A DNA stretch of 62,497 nucleotides, the filler included, from Sphacelaria rigidula (taxonomy: Eukaryota), in the NCBI GenBank assembly GCA_964200075.2. It is 11 parts of 11 records of this genome, joined end to end, with 100 filler letters (N's around TTAATTAATTAA, not from the genome) between each part and the next. Parts side by side here need not be neighbours in the genome. Positions count along the whole stretch, not along the records: positions 39,838 to 45,427 come from CAXNAA020026049.1; positions 45,528 to 51,117 come from CAXNAA020026050.1; positions 51,218 to 56,807 come from CAXNAA020026051.1; 8 more parts are not named here. One strand, written 5' to 3'. The position numbers were made by a program, and so were the translations under genes. The notes beneath the pieces were generated by a model, which ran no database searches, was not told where the DNA came from, and saw nothing but the letters and a program-made list of their open reading frames with translations. The stretch's first letter is position 1. Each line of letters begins with the position of its first letter. This document shows, in pieces, positions 39,905-53,938 of the stretch.

Positions 39905-40095
39905 CGTATGCATATCTTATCCCCCTCCTGTTTCGCCGTCTGTGTCCACCGTTCATCTCCTAGTATAGCGATCGTTTTCTCCCTACTGTCTAGTGCATCG
40001 TACGATCTCATGTCATCTATTGTCTACTTTCCGCATTTCCCCCTCTAACACGTCCCGTCCCTCCTTGTATAGTTCACATTCTCGCACCTTATGAT
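39905..40095 (-). mobile_element. LINE ORF2 C-terminal fragment
   Basis: HKVRECELYKEGRDVLEG...YDALDSREKTIAILGDERWTQTAKQEGDKIC looks like the end of the C-terminal H-x4-C knuckle region of a non-LTR retrotransposon. Confidence 0.55.
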
Positions 40096-40137
40096 TTCTA
40101 CCCTCTATTTTTGTTTTGCCACGTGGACAATTCTGCG

Positions 40138-43100
40138 CATCTTGTTCTTGGGCGGACGTCGTCGAGGTGGAGGCGGTGAGCCAGAGTTAGAAGCAAGTTG
40201 AGTCTTCCGTCTATCTCGGCGGCATAATCAGCAGCATCGGCGATGTCACTCCTGAGATCCACAGCCGCATTGGCCAGGCCTAAACTTGCTTTTATAAGTA
40301 CAGCAGGGCGGTACATGAAAACCCGTACATCGCTCCGGCCACCGAGGTTCGTCTCCAGAACGTTGAAGAGATCCAGGTAATGCTATATAGCTTGTAGAGA
40401 AAGTACAGTAGCACCTCTAGCATGAGGAGTACAGTAGCAGGTGGATATCAGGTTGGGTCTTGTGACAATGGGTTGGAGGATGATTATTGAACGTGTGACA
40501 TATTGTGTTTGCAGGGAGAGCAAAACAGGGATCACTTCTGGTTTAAACGAAGACCAATGTATGTGTAACTGCCCGAGTCTTGAAGCCTCTGAATTCTCTG
40601 GAGCCTTTGACAGAGAGGAAGCCTCTGGAGCAACACTATGACCTTGTTCTGATTTTAGACAAGCCTACAATAAACGTTTATTCAGGAAACTTGTCGGTTT
40701 CTGGATTAGATTGATTTGAAGCCGCACCCCGCCCTACAATCTGTAGAAACCGAGGACGCTCGCGTTGAATAACAGGGGGGGAAAGAAAGCGGCGGAGAGA
40801 AGGCCCAGGCCACAAACATCCAAGGCGACTGCGGTGACAGGAGGGTTTTGGAAAGATGGCATCAGGCAAGGAGTCTACGAAGGACTTCAAAACGTGGTGA
40901 GAACTGTGTGAATAAGAGGTGCTGTGGTCGCCGTAGTGTGGTGACAAAGCTCGTCTTGGTGTACGGGCAGAGTTGTTGTTCCTGTAATGGGAGGCAGCTG
41001 AATTTGTTTGAAATGGCAAAGCTCAGGATCAAGCACATGGTTGTGCAAAAAACAAATAAACTGTCATCAGCGGCTGGCCGGCGCGCCGGGACTGCTGTAT
41101 CCGCTGATAAGCAAAGTAGCGTGCCCAACAAAAGTACAGTGCCCCGAGGCTGTTGGCACTGTTTGGGCCAATGATATCGTATGTGCGACGCTCATGTCGA
41201 TCCTACGGAGGGAGAAAGTACTGTTCCGCAGGAATCTCTGTTTCAACGGGAGGTGGATTCCGAGTTGACGAATTTAAATCCGCGCGATAGACTTGTATTC
41301 GTGGCCAGCGTGTAGCTGAGGACACGCCCCGCATGCTCGAAGCTGAAGGGGGGTCTCATTCGCGTCATGAGAATGAGCAGAGCAAGCTTGAGGCTCGCCA
41401 TGCTCATGGCGCATCTGTCTGCCCCAACGGTATGGCGGGAGATGGTTCAGATGATTCACAGGGGTGTCTGCTTGAAGGAGAGCTGTATGCCGAGTTGGCG
41501 GATTTGCCGCCGGGGCAGCGTGTAGCTGTGGGCACGCCGTGCATGCTCGGACCAGCAGGGGTGTATGACCCGCTTGAAGCGGGTAGGCAGAGCGAGCTTC
41601 AGAATTGTGATGCTATTAGCAATCACAATTCCTACAGCGAAATCGAGCGTTGCGCAGGGTTGGGGTGGCCGTATGCACTTCTGTTTGCATGGACACGCTT
41701 GTCGTGCTTGACGGCGTTGATTGACATGTCTTTGCCGCAGCATGGTCAGGTGCTTGAGGAGGATGGTATGATGTTATCGGAAGGTGTTGCTGTGCGGGAC
41801 TGTATGGCTGTGCCCGTTTTGCCTCTCCTTTCCTCTGGAGAAACGACTGAAGCACGAGCGTTCGTTAATGCTCAAGCATCTGTGGGGGCAAAGGACTTAT
41901 GGCATTGGTTTGGCGGTGCGACTATACCGTTTGGTGGCGTGCTGAGTGGCACTGTAGGGGGGCTACATGTAGTAGGACCGATGGTACGCGGAGCGAGTGC
42001 TCGAATGGAAACACTGGGCTATGGTATGCATGATTTTATGCTCCGACTGCTGCTGTTTCTCTGGAGTGGGCTGGAGGACTACACGGAAGGCATTACTTGA
42101 GGTGTTCGCTGGTTGTGAGCGCCGAGCTGGCTTATGCTTGGGAGGAAGTGCTGGTGTGGCTGAGTGCTTGTTGACATGGCGACAGTTAAAACACAAGAAG
42201 ACTACATCCTTAAATCGTTTGGATACGAGTGCAGTTTGTTGTGTTGTCTGTAGGCCTGTTTATACTGCTGTTTGCGCATGAGGCATGGCGGTCGAACGAG
42301 TATGATCGTATTGCGTATGCCAGGTGAAATGCCGGTGTGCACGTGCATGGTTTTGTATCTGTGCGTTGGATTGCTTTGGTCAGCGCATGATGCACGGTGT
42401 TTGAGACTGAGGTTTCAATACCTATGCTGGGTGAGACTCTGGCATGCATGTGTGGATTTTTGCTACATTATGTATTATTGTGTATGGTGTTAGGCGATGG
42501 TGTTGGGCGATCAGTCATGTCGTAGCAGTTTCCAAATACTGCTGAACGCTGGATGGAGTACATCAAATTAATTCCTGTTTGCAAAATGCGGCGAAATTGT
42601 CATTGTGCGGTTTGCGCTGCTGCCTGTAAGAGGGCATAGTTGCTGTTGCGGACGGGAGACGCTCCCGAAATGCATAGGTTCGTATGTGAGCATCTTGAGG
42701 CGACTACTCCAGTGGAATCTGTTGAAAATGGTTGGAATGCTTAAAATTCCAAGCTCCTTGACGTCTGAGACTATTTGCGGGGGTGCAGTCTGAATACTTT
42801 TTTCGGGCTGAGATTTGACGCCTGAAGGCAGGTTTGTCTGAGTATGCTGTAACTGGCAATTACCGTTGAATGATTAACTTCGCTGAGTTCGAGTCAGCCG
42901 TTGTCTTTGAGTGTCGATGTTCAGGGTTGTGTAAATTATCATTTCCTCTTGTGGAACATGACAGTGAGTGGTCGTGTGTTACCAACAGGCGGACAAAGGT
43001 AGCATGAGTGCTATTGTCGGTGTCTACTGATGATCAAGCTCGATTTTTTACCGTTTAATAGAACGTAGCTTGGGGGTGCTGTAGACAAAGTAGAGTAGCA

Positions 43101-44330
43101 CCTCTAGCATGAGGAGTACAGTAGCAGGTGCATATCAGGTTGGGTCTTGTGACAATGGGTTGGAGGATGATTATTGAACGCGTAACATATTGTGTTTGCA
43201 GGGAGAGCAAAACAGGGATCACTTCTGGTGTTAACGAAGACCACTGCATGTGTAACTGCTTGAGTCTTAGAGCCTCTGGAGCCTTTGACAGGGAGGAAGC
43301 CTCTGGAGCAGCACCGTGACCTTGTTCTGATTTCAGACAAGTCTACGAGCTGCGTGACCTGGACGATCGCGCACGACAATGTCGACGCGTTACGGGAGGC
43401 CCACCGGGAATTGCTGCTGAAGTGCCTCAGCAAGCATACCTCAAGCCGCAGCGCTCCCGATTAGCACATGCTGCCGTACCACGAGGTTCTCGAAAAAACT
43501 GGCTACGAGTGCATCGAGGCTACCGTGGTGAGACGAATCCTCCTACACATTGGCCACGTCGTGCGCATGCACGATGAAGCCTCCCCAACATCGTCATCCG
43601 TAGAGCAATGGTGGGAAGGAAGACGAAGGCAGACTGGCCAGCAAGACGCCTGCAACACACACGGTGCCACAGAATACTGCTCCGGCTTCGGAACAAACGC
43701 AACGTCATGGGTGGAGGTTGCCCAACATGTTTCCGAATGATACCGAATAGCAGAGGAGGGGGTTAAGATGTACATGGCAGCCTGGACCGAAGCACGCCAT
43801 GCTAAGGAGCTGCGTGCTGTATTACCGCTAGAGTTCCCTCGGCGCCTGTCGACGACCACCGCAACGTAACGAGTAGGGGCGTGGTACGCTCGCTCATTCG
43901 CTAGTGCATTTGGTGTTTTACCGAACCGCTTTGGTATTTGTCTACAAGGGTGCCTAGGGTTGGTTTGAATCTCGCTTGGTAGTCATTATAGTCCCTCTTG
44001 TTCTTGTCTTTACTTTCTCTTTTTCTTCTGTATACTTTATTAGCAGATCCGATGGGTTTGTTTCGTACCTCACCCCTGTTGACTCGAAGGAAAGCTACTT
44101 ACCTCTGTTTTCTTGGTCGTTCTCTCTTCTTGTTTTTATTTGGTGTTATTTTGTTTGTTTGTTTGGGGAGGGGTTGACACAGGAGAAACAACGAGAGCCT
44201 TATCCTTGTAACGAATAGCAAGGACGGTATCGGAAAGACGAGCCCATGTCTGTGACCACGGGTTCGAGAGATCAGGCGAAATTACGGAGATGCTACTACC
44301 ACTACTACTACTACTACTACTACTAAAATG
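40138..44330 (+). mobile_element. 5'-truncated RTE-clade LINE (40138-40392 plus 43348-about 44330), interrupted by an LTR element
   Basis: KQVESSVYLGGIISS..DVTPEIHSRIGQA...VMLYS resumes as SCVTWT...LREAHRELLLKCL...LEKTGYECIEATVVRRILLHIGHVVRMHDE. Followed by a UTR and a (CTA)n tract; the 3' boundary is uncertain. Confidence 0.82.
40393..43347 (+). mobile_element. Non-autonomous, decayed LTR retrotransposon (probably Copia-derived). LTRs at 40393-40669 and 43080-43347.
   Basis: Direct repeats of about 270 bp, TGTAGA...CTACA/CTACG. AGCT is duplicated on both sides. A purine tract GGGGGTGC precedes the 3' LTR. Faint Copia RNase H-like remnants (VDV...YHFL, VSTDDQ) near 42910-43040. Confidence 0.85.
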
Positions 44331-45283
44331 ACAACAATAAGTTTCAGGGGAAAAAATCACATTTCAGGATCACAACAGAAGGGGGGGAAACCGGTAGCGG
44401 TAAAAATTCCACACTGAAAAGAACTTCAGCATCAACTTTTCGGCGTCAGGGCCCTGTTTCGAGCACTCCACCCTGAAATCCGACGTGCCTCTCTTGCCTT
44501 CAGTACGGAACGAAAAAGAAGCACCACCACCCCAACCACCACTGCCATAGCCAGTTCATAATCGATATACCCTAACAAGCAAAGTGGGACACCAATCACA
44601 ACTTCCACGCCAATCACAATCGACCAGTCACGAAGTAGCAACGCTTGGCATCGCAATCAGAGGGCCTCCCTGCCTCCGTCATGGTATCAGCATTCGCTTG
44701 GTTCTGTAGTGCTGCACCTGGCTGCACTGTCATTCCGTTAGAGACCATGACGTCTTGCACCACCGATACGGATGGCATGTTGCGAAATCGTTGAAATGCG
44801 GCTTTTCGCTGTACTTTTTTCGCTGTACTTTACCGTACCGCAACGTACTGAAGGGTTCTGCATTGCATCGTACTGAACTGTCTGTACTGCATATTGCACA
44901 GCACTACAGTGCCCTGTAGTGCCCTGTAGTGCAGTAAAGTAGTGCAAGTGCAATGAAGCCTAGTGTATGGTATGGCACGGTGCTGCAGAGTACGGCATAA
45001 TACAGACTCGCTACTGTTATACAATGCTGTGCTGATCTATGCATTTTCGAACCGGACGCTGGTCGATCGCACATTTGGCGAAGCAACCTGCGGCCCATCA
45101 CTGCGACGACAAAAATTAACGCCAAGCCACGTCACATCAGCTTCCGCTCTGAACTTTCATATGCTTCCACTCTGCTTCTGAAATGAAACTTGAACTTTTC
45201 GCAAACTCTCTAATGAAATAATACGAGTAATAAAATAACCATGAAATAATAAATAAATAAAAATAGCTTCCTCCTCCACCCCT

Positions 45284-45351
45284 ATGTGTGTGTGTGTGTG
45301 TGCGTGTGTGTGTGTGTGTGTGTGTGCGTGTGCGTGTGTGCGTGTGTGCGT
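45284..45351. repeat. (TG)n microsatellite
   Basis: Read directly. Confidence 0.9.
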
Positions 45352-46843
45352 GGTGGCGGGCGGGGGGAGGGGGGGGGGGGGGGGGGTGGTTTTTGTTTGT
45401 GGTCTGGTTTTTTGGATGAGGGAACCCNNNNNNNNNNNNNNNNNNNNNNNNNNNNNNNNNNNNNNNNNNNNTTAATTAATTAANNNNNNNNNNNNNNNNN
45501 NNNNNNNNNNNNNNNNNNNNNNNNNNNGAGGTCAATGGTCTTGTGACTATGGCATGCATGATCATGAGTACACCCCCCTTCCCCGCCCCGACTCCGTGCG
45601 CGCGGACCAGCTCCGTGGTGTTCCGAGTGACCGCTACTCTCCGCACTACATCGCTCCCTACAACCCCGACGCAACATGCTTCACCTCAAGATCATCTGTA
45701 TCCTGTTACAAAATCTTGCAGGTTCATCCGAACATCATCAGCTTACCGTCTTTGTTCAAGTCCGATAAAGTGACGGAAATTACTAGTCCACTGACTTGAT
45801 GTCAGTGCTGATGACTGTGCCTAGATAGCTACGTGCTCAATACCGTTGTGCTGATATCAAATGGAGAAACCTCCATCGCTATTCAGCCGACTGGAACAAG
45901 AAATATATGCCCGTACTCTACAGCCATGATAGATCCACTGCAAACATTGTGACCGAAAATAGTCCATGCTGCGATTTACACAACGCACCGGTTCCCGCCC
46001 CTTCCGACCGAAAAATTGTCCCCGTTTTGCCCCCTTCGGAACGCTCTGAAAATCGGTCGAAGCGTCACTGAACAGCTCGAGTTCCAGTCCCGTCACTTTT
46101 GAAATGCTCGACCACCAATCATGGAGGTCGCACTCGGTAAAACCCATGTCATAACACATTGGAACGCGCACTCACACCAGTGATTTAAGTATGGGACAGC
46201 TAGCGTGTAATGGTACGCTAAAGCGCCCGGTACAGCCAGTGATAGAAGCATGGGACAGCTGGCGTGGAAAAATGCGCTGAAACGTGCGGCACAAGCAAAG
46301 ATCCGAGCTTGTCACACCCTAGGTCTGGGTGATACACTTTGCTGCTGCGTTGTCACCAAGCGGCCAGCGAGCAGACAGCCGTATCACCTCCTCTGCAGTA
46401 TGTCGAGGCAATCTACTTTGCAGAGCACCTCCTCGAATGCAAGTGCTTCCGCGCCTGCGTCGATCTGGATGAAGGGCACTGTCAAAGTTGAGACATTTTC
46501 CACTGCAGCTGATCTGAGAACACTATGTTCACCCAAATGCACTTCACGCAGTTTCCCTCACGTTCTGCTCGAAGTGGTCACCCACTCTGCTTCGAAGAAG
46601 GGCTTTTATACACATCTATTGTGACGGCGCACATGAGATCCGACCTGATGGTTACGAGGGCGTACTGAGGAATGCTTAACTTCTCTCGCGAAACAGTCGA
46701 AGGAAAACGATGCACAAATAAGGTGGGGGATCCCAGGGAGAGGGACCCCTCTGTTTATCTCGATTTTTCTGCCCCCCCCCCCCCCCCCCCGCCCACCATC
46801 CAATCCCCCGCTGACACCAAAAGAGTCCCGCAACAAGGCACAC

Positions 46844-46853
46844 NNNNNNNNNN
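46844..46853. other. Internal 10-N scaffold gap flanked by low-quality homopolymer sequence
   Basis: Read directly. Confidence 0.9.
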
Positions 46854-49800
46854 GAAACAACAAACAGACCACAAACAGGGGGGGGGGGCCCGGCGGGGGG
46901 CGGGCTCTCTTTTTTTTTTTTTTCCCCCCCCCCCCCCCCCCCCCCCGAATGTCAGAGGCAGTATAGAAGAGGAGCTAGACTAGGTATGCACTCCGCCGTC
47001 CGCGCTCACAAGACGTTTAAAAAATGCTCTGAGATATGCGGCAGTAGAAAATGTATCATCTTTGACAAAGCGCCTCACCCTTATCGACACAGGCGCGGAA
47101 GCACTTGCACTAGAGGAAGTGTTCTGCAGAGCAGATTGCCGTGGCATGGTGCAGCGAAGGTATTGATACGGCTACCTTGTCTCCTCGCCGGTCGCTTGTT
47201 GTCCAGGAAGCAGCAAAGTGTATCACCCACACCTAAGGCGTGTGATTTTTGGAATGTTGGCTATGCTGCCCGTTCCAGCGCATCTTTACACGCATGTTTT
47301 CCCTTTTTCGGATCACTGATTGTGCGGCGCGATTCGTCTCATCTTTACACGCCAGCTGTCCCTTCTTGGTATCTGTGGTTTTGCTGCGCGTTTCAATTCG
47401 TTGTGACATGGAGTGCGACCTCCATCGTTGGTGCTGGGGCTGCTTGAAAGTGGCGCTTCGACCGACTTTCGGGGCGTTCCGAAGTGGTCAAAGAGGGCAT
47501 ACTTTCGGCCAATAGGGGTGGAATTGATGGACAAAGGGGGTGTCCGTTGACACCCTTCAACGCTGCGGCACTGTTAGCTCCCACACTTAGCCCGATTGTA
47601 TACAAATGGTGTCCGTGCTGGACTGTGGCCGTAGTACCCGTGCGTCGGAATTTACTTTGAGGGGAGGTTGGGGCTCCCGAGGGCACGTCGCGCGGACCTG
47701 ATCTGCTTATACCCCCTTTTGGCTGAACAGGCAGTGGGTGTACCCCCTTTTGATATCTTCTGTGTCATGTTGTTATTATTCCTGTTACTATCATTACAGT
47801 ATCGATATCGTTATCGTTATCACCATTTTCATCATTATCTTCATTATTTTTGTTATGTTGTCGTCTTGTATTGTGCCGCTTCCTGTGTTTGGACGAAAGA
47901 AAAAAGAGTTCTGGCGTTGAGCTTTTTGGACAAAAAACCTTTTCGACGTAAACGGGTTCCGAAAAAACATGCTTGCTCCGCATCTCAAGCTCAAGCGCCC
48001 CCTCATCATGTCTCATCCACTCCACCTTCTAGTGACTGACGCCGCAGACGGGATGAGGTTACATGTGTTGAATGGCCAAAGAGAAAGGGGTTACACCAAA
48101 AGTTGACCAGGAAAATGCCCAGTCGGTCGGTACAGAGGCCCAACGCCACCCGCCATGTCCGACCGTACACACTACCAAGTAGGCGTATCACCACGGTAGT
48201 TGATTCCCCCCGATTAATCGTACCCGCACTTTGGACAGGAAGCTGCGGCAGCTCATACCAAGATATCCCACTGTGCAGCACACTCCGAGTAGCTAGCTCC
48301 TCTCGCCAAGTGAAGGTTCCGTCCGCAGTGCGCAGTGATCGTGTGCCGTGCAAGGAGGTAGTTGTCATTCCTGCATGCGGTTTATTCAGCAAAGTACACC
48401 ACACTAGAACAACAGGAGTACACATCACAATTTGGGCAGACAAGTTGCCCGTTTGGATCTCGATCGTCACAAGCGCAGCATCTTCATCACTTTCTCCTGT
48501 GTGGATTGCGGCTTGACGTTGACCATCACACGCGCATAATCTTGCTAGGAGTTGTTGTTGGCCTGCGGTATCCTTCGCGTGAAATCCCGGCAAACGTGCC
48601 CGGAATGCGGCAAAAGGGGGTACTACCAGTTGGAAACCTGCGGCGGCTAGCATGGTCGAAGTATCCCAGCATGAAGCACACGAGAAGAATGTAGCTCCTC
48701 CTATAAAAAAGAAAGAGCTTTCCATCGACAGGGCGAAGCAATTTGTGTGGTGTCCTCGGAAACTGCTACAGTATATGCCCTGCAAGCGATCTAACGAAAC
48801 ACTCTTCACTACTTCAGCAGCAGTATAGCTCTTGTCAGAACCAGTTTGTCAGACTACGAGCTGAGACAGCCTGAAAGCACACATTCCTATAGCACGCGAT
48901 GACTTTGAAGTTCAACAAATATGCTGCATATGAGCACATCATTGAAACGTGCAGCCCAGTCTGCTGCTAAAAGGCTTCACCCCTGTTCGATTGGCAACAT
49001 CTTGATCATGTCATCGAGTACAGCGTGCGTCCCAAATCACCTCTTTCTGGAACGTTTTTTTCTCTTCCAGTTTTTTTATATTCGTATAAACCCATCCTTC
49101 CGTACGAGACATGAAAATCGTTGCCGAATCCAAAGATTTGTGAGCCATTGTTTCACATGGACCTTCTGGACATGAGTTGCGAACCCTTGACTACACGTTC
49201 CATGAAGTTGATGGTTTTTGTCGTTCAGGTATAGTCATTTTGATATTTGTCAGATTTTCCCACCGCGTCTGAGTTGCTTCTTCCTTTCCTTTTTTTTCCT
49301 TGAAACGTACCGTTCTCGCCCACGTTTTTATGGTATAAATCTTGGGTCAGAATTGCATTTCCTGGCTCCTATAAATAAGCCGTGCAAAGCTGGTGAAGCA
49401 AACAGCGGCGCCCATGTCCGACCCATCAGTAAATCCCAGTGAATAACGCGGTCGATCGTACCTGCGATCTCAACAGGCGTTGAGGAACAAAAAATGGAAC
49501 GGAATGGGCCGGCAAAATTTGAGGAGTTTTGAGCTGAACTTGCACGCGCACACATTACACGTCAATACGCAATAGCGCATGCAAGTAATTGAAGGTTTGG
49601 ATATGTGTTCTTTGAGTTGGGACATTTTTCGTTTTTTTAAGAATGATGAACTGGCTCTAGTTCGCAGGGGTTTCCCATCCAGTGTTGAGTGTTGGCAGCA
49701 TAAATCTCGTGTCAAACTTGAAGCTTGTAATTGCTTTAAGCGGGCCACGCGAAACTGTTGAACCCCCGGGGGGGATTCTTGGCTGGCTCAGTTCGTAGTT

Positions 49801-51548
49801 GCCCGTTCAATTCTTGATCGTCGCAAGTGCGTTCTTTTCGGTGCGTAGTATTGTTGTTCTGCAGTTACTTGTGTGTTGGAACTTGCCCAATTTCCTCGGA
49901 AAAGCACAGGAAGGAGGCCCAGATGTAAAGGGCAGTTGACTACAGCGTGTAAAAAGCAATATAGATGTACAGCTGGCGCACAATGTATGGACATAATCAG
50001 TGGTGGGTTTGCTAGTAGACCATTCGAATGCTGTTCGAAGTATGGACGGGTAACCTCACAGACGGCGGGATCCCGTTAGGATCTCCATTGCGGCAAGCGT
50101 ATCATATTCGTTACTTTTGGCTGATCGGTTGTTGCTCGCGCGTGAAAGTCAGGGCTGAGGACAATCGCTGTGTCGCACTTGATCGATTGATTGTCGCGCC
50201 TTACCTCATTCCCCAGGGATCCACTCGTGGTCACGAGATGAAAGCACCCGAGAATGAAGACAAAACGGAAGTACTGCTGAAGAAAAGTGAACAGAACGGA
50301 AAGATATAAGAGACGAAAAGAGAAGTCCATGAGCAAAGAAAAACGAAAAGGAAGAACAAAACAGAAACGGAGGCAGCAAAAGAAATATGAGAAACTAGCA
50401 ATAACCGGCCTCTGCGACATGACTTCAGTGGAGAAGGTCTTGCGCAAATGCTCTCTCACACCCAACCGTGAAAAACAAGAGCCGCGGGAATAGATTGCGG
50501 TTCATCATTTTCGACGATCACTATTTGGAGGTACGCAGCTCTCATCCATAAAACCTACGGAAGCAAGGGACCGAAGTGCTACACTTGTACACACCGGGAG
50601 AAAAGAACACGCATATATATAGAGAGAGATGGGGAAAGAAAGAGAGAACGGAGAAGAAAAAAGAGACTGCAACAGTGATGAAACCTAAAGGACAGCACAG
50701 TAGCGCAAGTATAAACACACATATTATCCAGAAACAGATTAAATAGGGTCGTGACGTACAGGCGACGGACAAAGAGGAGGTCCTGTAGTAGACAAGGTAT
50801 GAAAGGGTATATCCTAGTAATAGTATAATCGAGGAGGTAAAGCCGCAACCTCAAGGAGGAGCATGCCTTCACCGCCAGTTTTGTCTTTAGCGCTTAACTG
50901 TTCGTACTGGAGCCGTTGTTCGGCAATCCAAGAAGGTCCAGGGGGGACGTGAAAAAACACGACCGGTGTATTCCCTTCTTCAACACACGTGCTGAGCCCT
51001 CTCGTTTAGTGTACCCCCTTTTGAGTGGAGGCCTGTTTCTTGGAGGGGGGGGGGGGGGGGGGGGGGTACCCCCATTTTGACAATTGCCTTTTTTCAATTG
51101 TATTTTACTGGATTTCGNNNNNNNNNNNNNNNNNNNNNNNNNNNNNNNNNNNNNNNNNNNNTTAATTAATTAANNNNNNNNNNNNNNNNNNNNNNNNNNN
51201 NNNNNNNNNNNNNNNNNCTGTGCAAACACATGTGCGGGGTCGGGGGGGGGGGGGGGCTATCGTAGAAAGTGTCGGAATTCCCACGCTTAGGTTTGATTAT
51301 ATGGAGCGCGTCATGCAGCCTAAACCCAGACATCAGGCGCTGTATGTCCATTTTTTTCGTGACACTTTTGGGCTGGTTTCAGGGGGGGGGCTATCGTAGG
51401 AGGTGTCCACTTATTTCTTCCGGTGACCCCAGTGATGATCACCGCTTTGAAGTTAGTCGGGGTTGAATGATCCTTCGTCACTGATTGTCAGAAGCATATG
51501 ACAGATGATTCCTATCTATTGGCAAACACATATACCGAACAACTCCTG

Positions 51549-51995
51549 AACACGGGATCTTACAACTTGGGGATGTATCTTGTATTGGGGGTGAGAAACC
51601 CGGAGAATAAAAATCTTTGTATCCACACCAAATCTTCGCAATATGGTTTCATTTTTTCACCCACTGGTAGCTACTCACAACTACTATAGGGCATATAAAT
51701 TTAGATTTCGATCACCGAAATCTTGCGGTCCTATGTGAAAAACCAGTTGCGGAACCATTTTGGCGTCCGTTCGGACACCCGAAATTCCCCAAAATCGTTT
51801 CTCACCTTCCCAAGGCCGCAAACGTTCGGTTATCGAGATCCAAGCTTGTATGCCGTGGAGCAGTTGTCAATAGCTGTCAGGATTTGAACAAATAGAACCA
51901 TATTCCCAAGACTTGGTGTGGATACGAAGATTTCAATTCTCCGGGTTTCTCATCTTCAATAAAAGATCCATCCCCAATTTGCAAGATCCCGTGTT
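51549..51995. mobile_element. Full-length foldback MITE (about 447 bp)
   Basis: AACACGGGATCTT.CAA.TTGGGGATG...CATCCCCAATTTGCAAGATCCCGTGTT. The arms are complementary over more than 150 bp. Confidence 0.88.
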
Positions 51996-53938
51996 ACCTG
52001 CTCCTCCTCATGGCGACTGGCTTCGAGTGCAATTCCATGCCCGCTGGACTGTGCATATGCATGTAGGTTGTACTAAACGGTGATGAGTGATTGCAAACTT
52101 CGTGAGGGTATATACTGGGGTAGGAGAACGCCCTCGTACTCGCCTAGACACACGGCCGGCGCCCCCGGAGGTTGAAACTAAAAACTCCGAAGCCCTTCAG
52201 AGCATAAAGCTGAGGGTTCAACACCCGACAAGTGTACTCTGTTTTGTTGATGTGTATATCCTATTTCCGCCGGTGACGACGTCGCAAGCCAAGAGTTCAT
52301 ATTTTCCGCCAAAGTCGACGTCGTGCAGGCGTGCTGATCCAGCCCCCAAAACGAAATGGAGGATGTGTCCCGGGGGAGAAATGGGTTGATCTCGTGAGGC
52401 GCAGGACTCGTTCGACCGCGGCCGATATAGCCCCCCCCGGAACCGACCAAAAACGTGCACGGAGGCGATGATCATAAATGCTGTTAGAGCTGGTTTCGTG
52501 CTGCACGACGCGCCTCATTTGGGCATTGTAGCTGATCTCGGACTGCTGCACGCCTCTTATGTGGGCGAAATTCCTGTAAACGAGCCCAATAGTGGGATCG
52601 TAGCCGGTTTGTCGGACGGTCTCCGGTGCACTTTTTGTGGGGGGGCTATCTCGGCATTAGTCGTTCCGAGATATGGAGGAGTTGTTAGTGTAACGGAGAC
52701 GAAACTACATGCACACACGTCCACATGACCATCACTCGAACCAACCCGACGTCGTAAATTATTTGTATGCTAAATTGGACTCAATGTTTGTAAGCTCGTG
52801 GCTCTCAACCGATACCTCGACTGTCATTTCCAGTGAATATAATGTGCTGTTGTCAACCTGGCCATGACCGCAGGTGTTGGACGCTTTTTCATCACCTCTG
52901 TCGATGTTCAGTCATGCGTTTTTCCGATTGCACACGCTGTCACTGTGCCTGTAACCAATCATGGCAACACCCCGCATTTTGCCAGGAGAAGCACACCGGC
53001 AGGGGGAGGGTACTTATGATCTTGCATACCGTAATTATATGATCATTGGCCTCGCATCCCGACAAAGCCGGGACGGAATGAGCCGGGGTTTCGCCGGACA
53101 GGCTCAGGACGGCGGTAGCAGGGGGGAATTCCAGTCTTCGAGTAGCGGAATACGACCTTGCCCATACGAAAAATGCAACTATATGGTGCGCAGTTGTGCA
53201 GATGTACAATCTTGCCTGGGCACAACAACCGAATCGTCTATGTCGCAGGGGAAAGGTGGTGGTACGAGCAGCGCATTCGATGTTCTGTTTCCGTTCCACT
53301 CTCAACCTCCGCCATTTCTCATGACGACTCTGTAGTTTCAAGGGGATCAATTCATCTCCGTCCTGCATGGTACATGCCTGACGTTTTGGTACTGCGGCTG
53401 GGACTGGCACTGCCGAACGTCGTCAACTCCAGTCAAACAGTTTTCGCTACTCACGCCCTCTCACTTGCAGAGCCGGAACTCAGATACGTGTGAAAAAACG
53501 AATCCACTCGCATTCAAACCCCTATCCTTCCACCTAGCCGGTTTAGAGGAACCAGTTGCATCACTTGGACACGGTAGTGAAGGGAAAGATACACCTGCAC
53601 CTTCCTGGGCTGCTAGTTGCCGAGTGCATTGAGGTCGCCAGAAATGGAGTGCCACTTGAGCTCCATCAAAAAGACGAAATGTCACCCCGCACATTACCAC
53701 AAGCTACGGGAAATATTACTCAAGATACCCGCAAGCACACAATAATCCACCATGACTATGTCGCCTCCCGACAGCTACGATTCAAACCCAGCGGCACTAT
53801 ACGACCCGGAAACAGCCAACTTGGTATCTGTCGCGGAAGATTGTACGGAATTACTACCTCCGTAATAAACATACTGTGGAGCAGCACCATGCCAAGTTAT
53901 CAGCCCGGAGAAGAGCGTGCACGGGCCCTCTCATCGAA

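Noticed and set aside
48006..48809. 267-aa minus-strand ORF
   Set aside because: Non-ATG start and no recognisable motif or convincing splice context.
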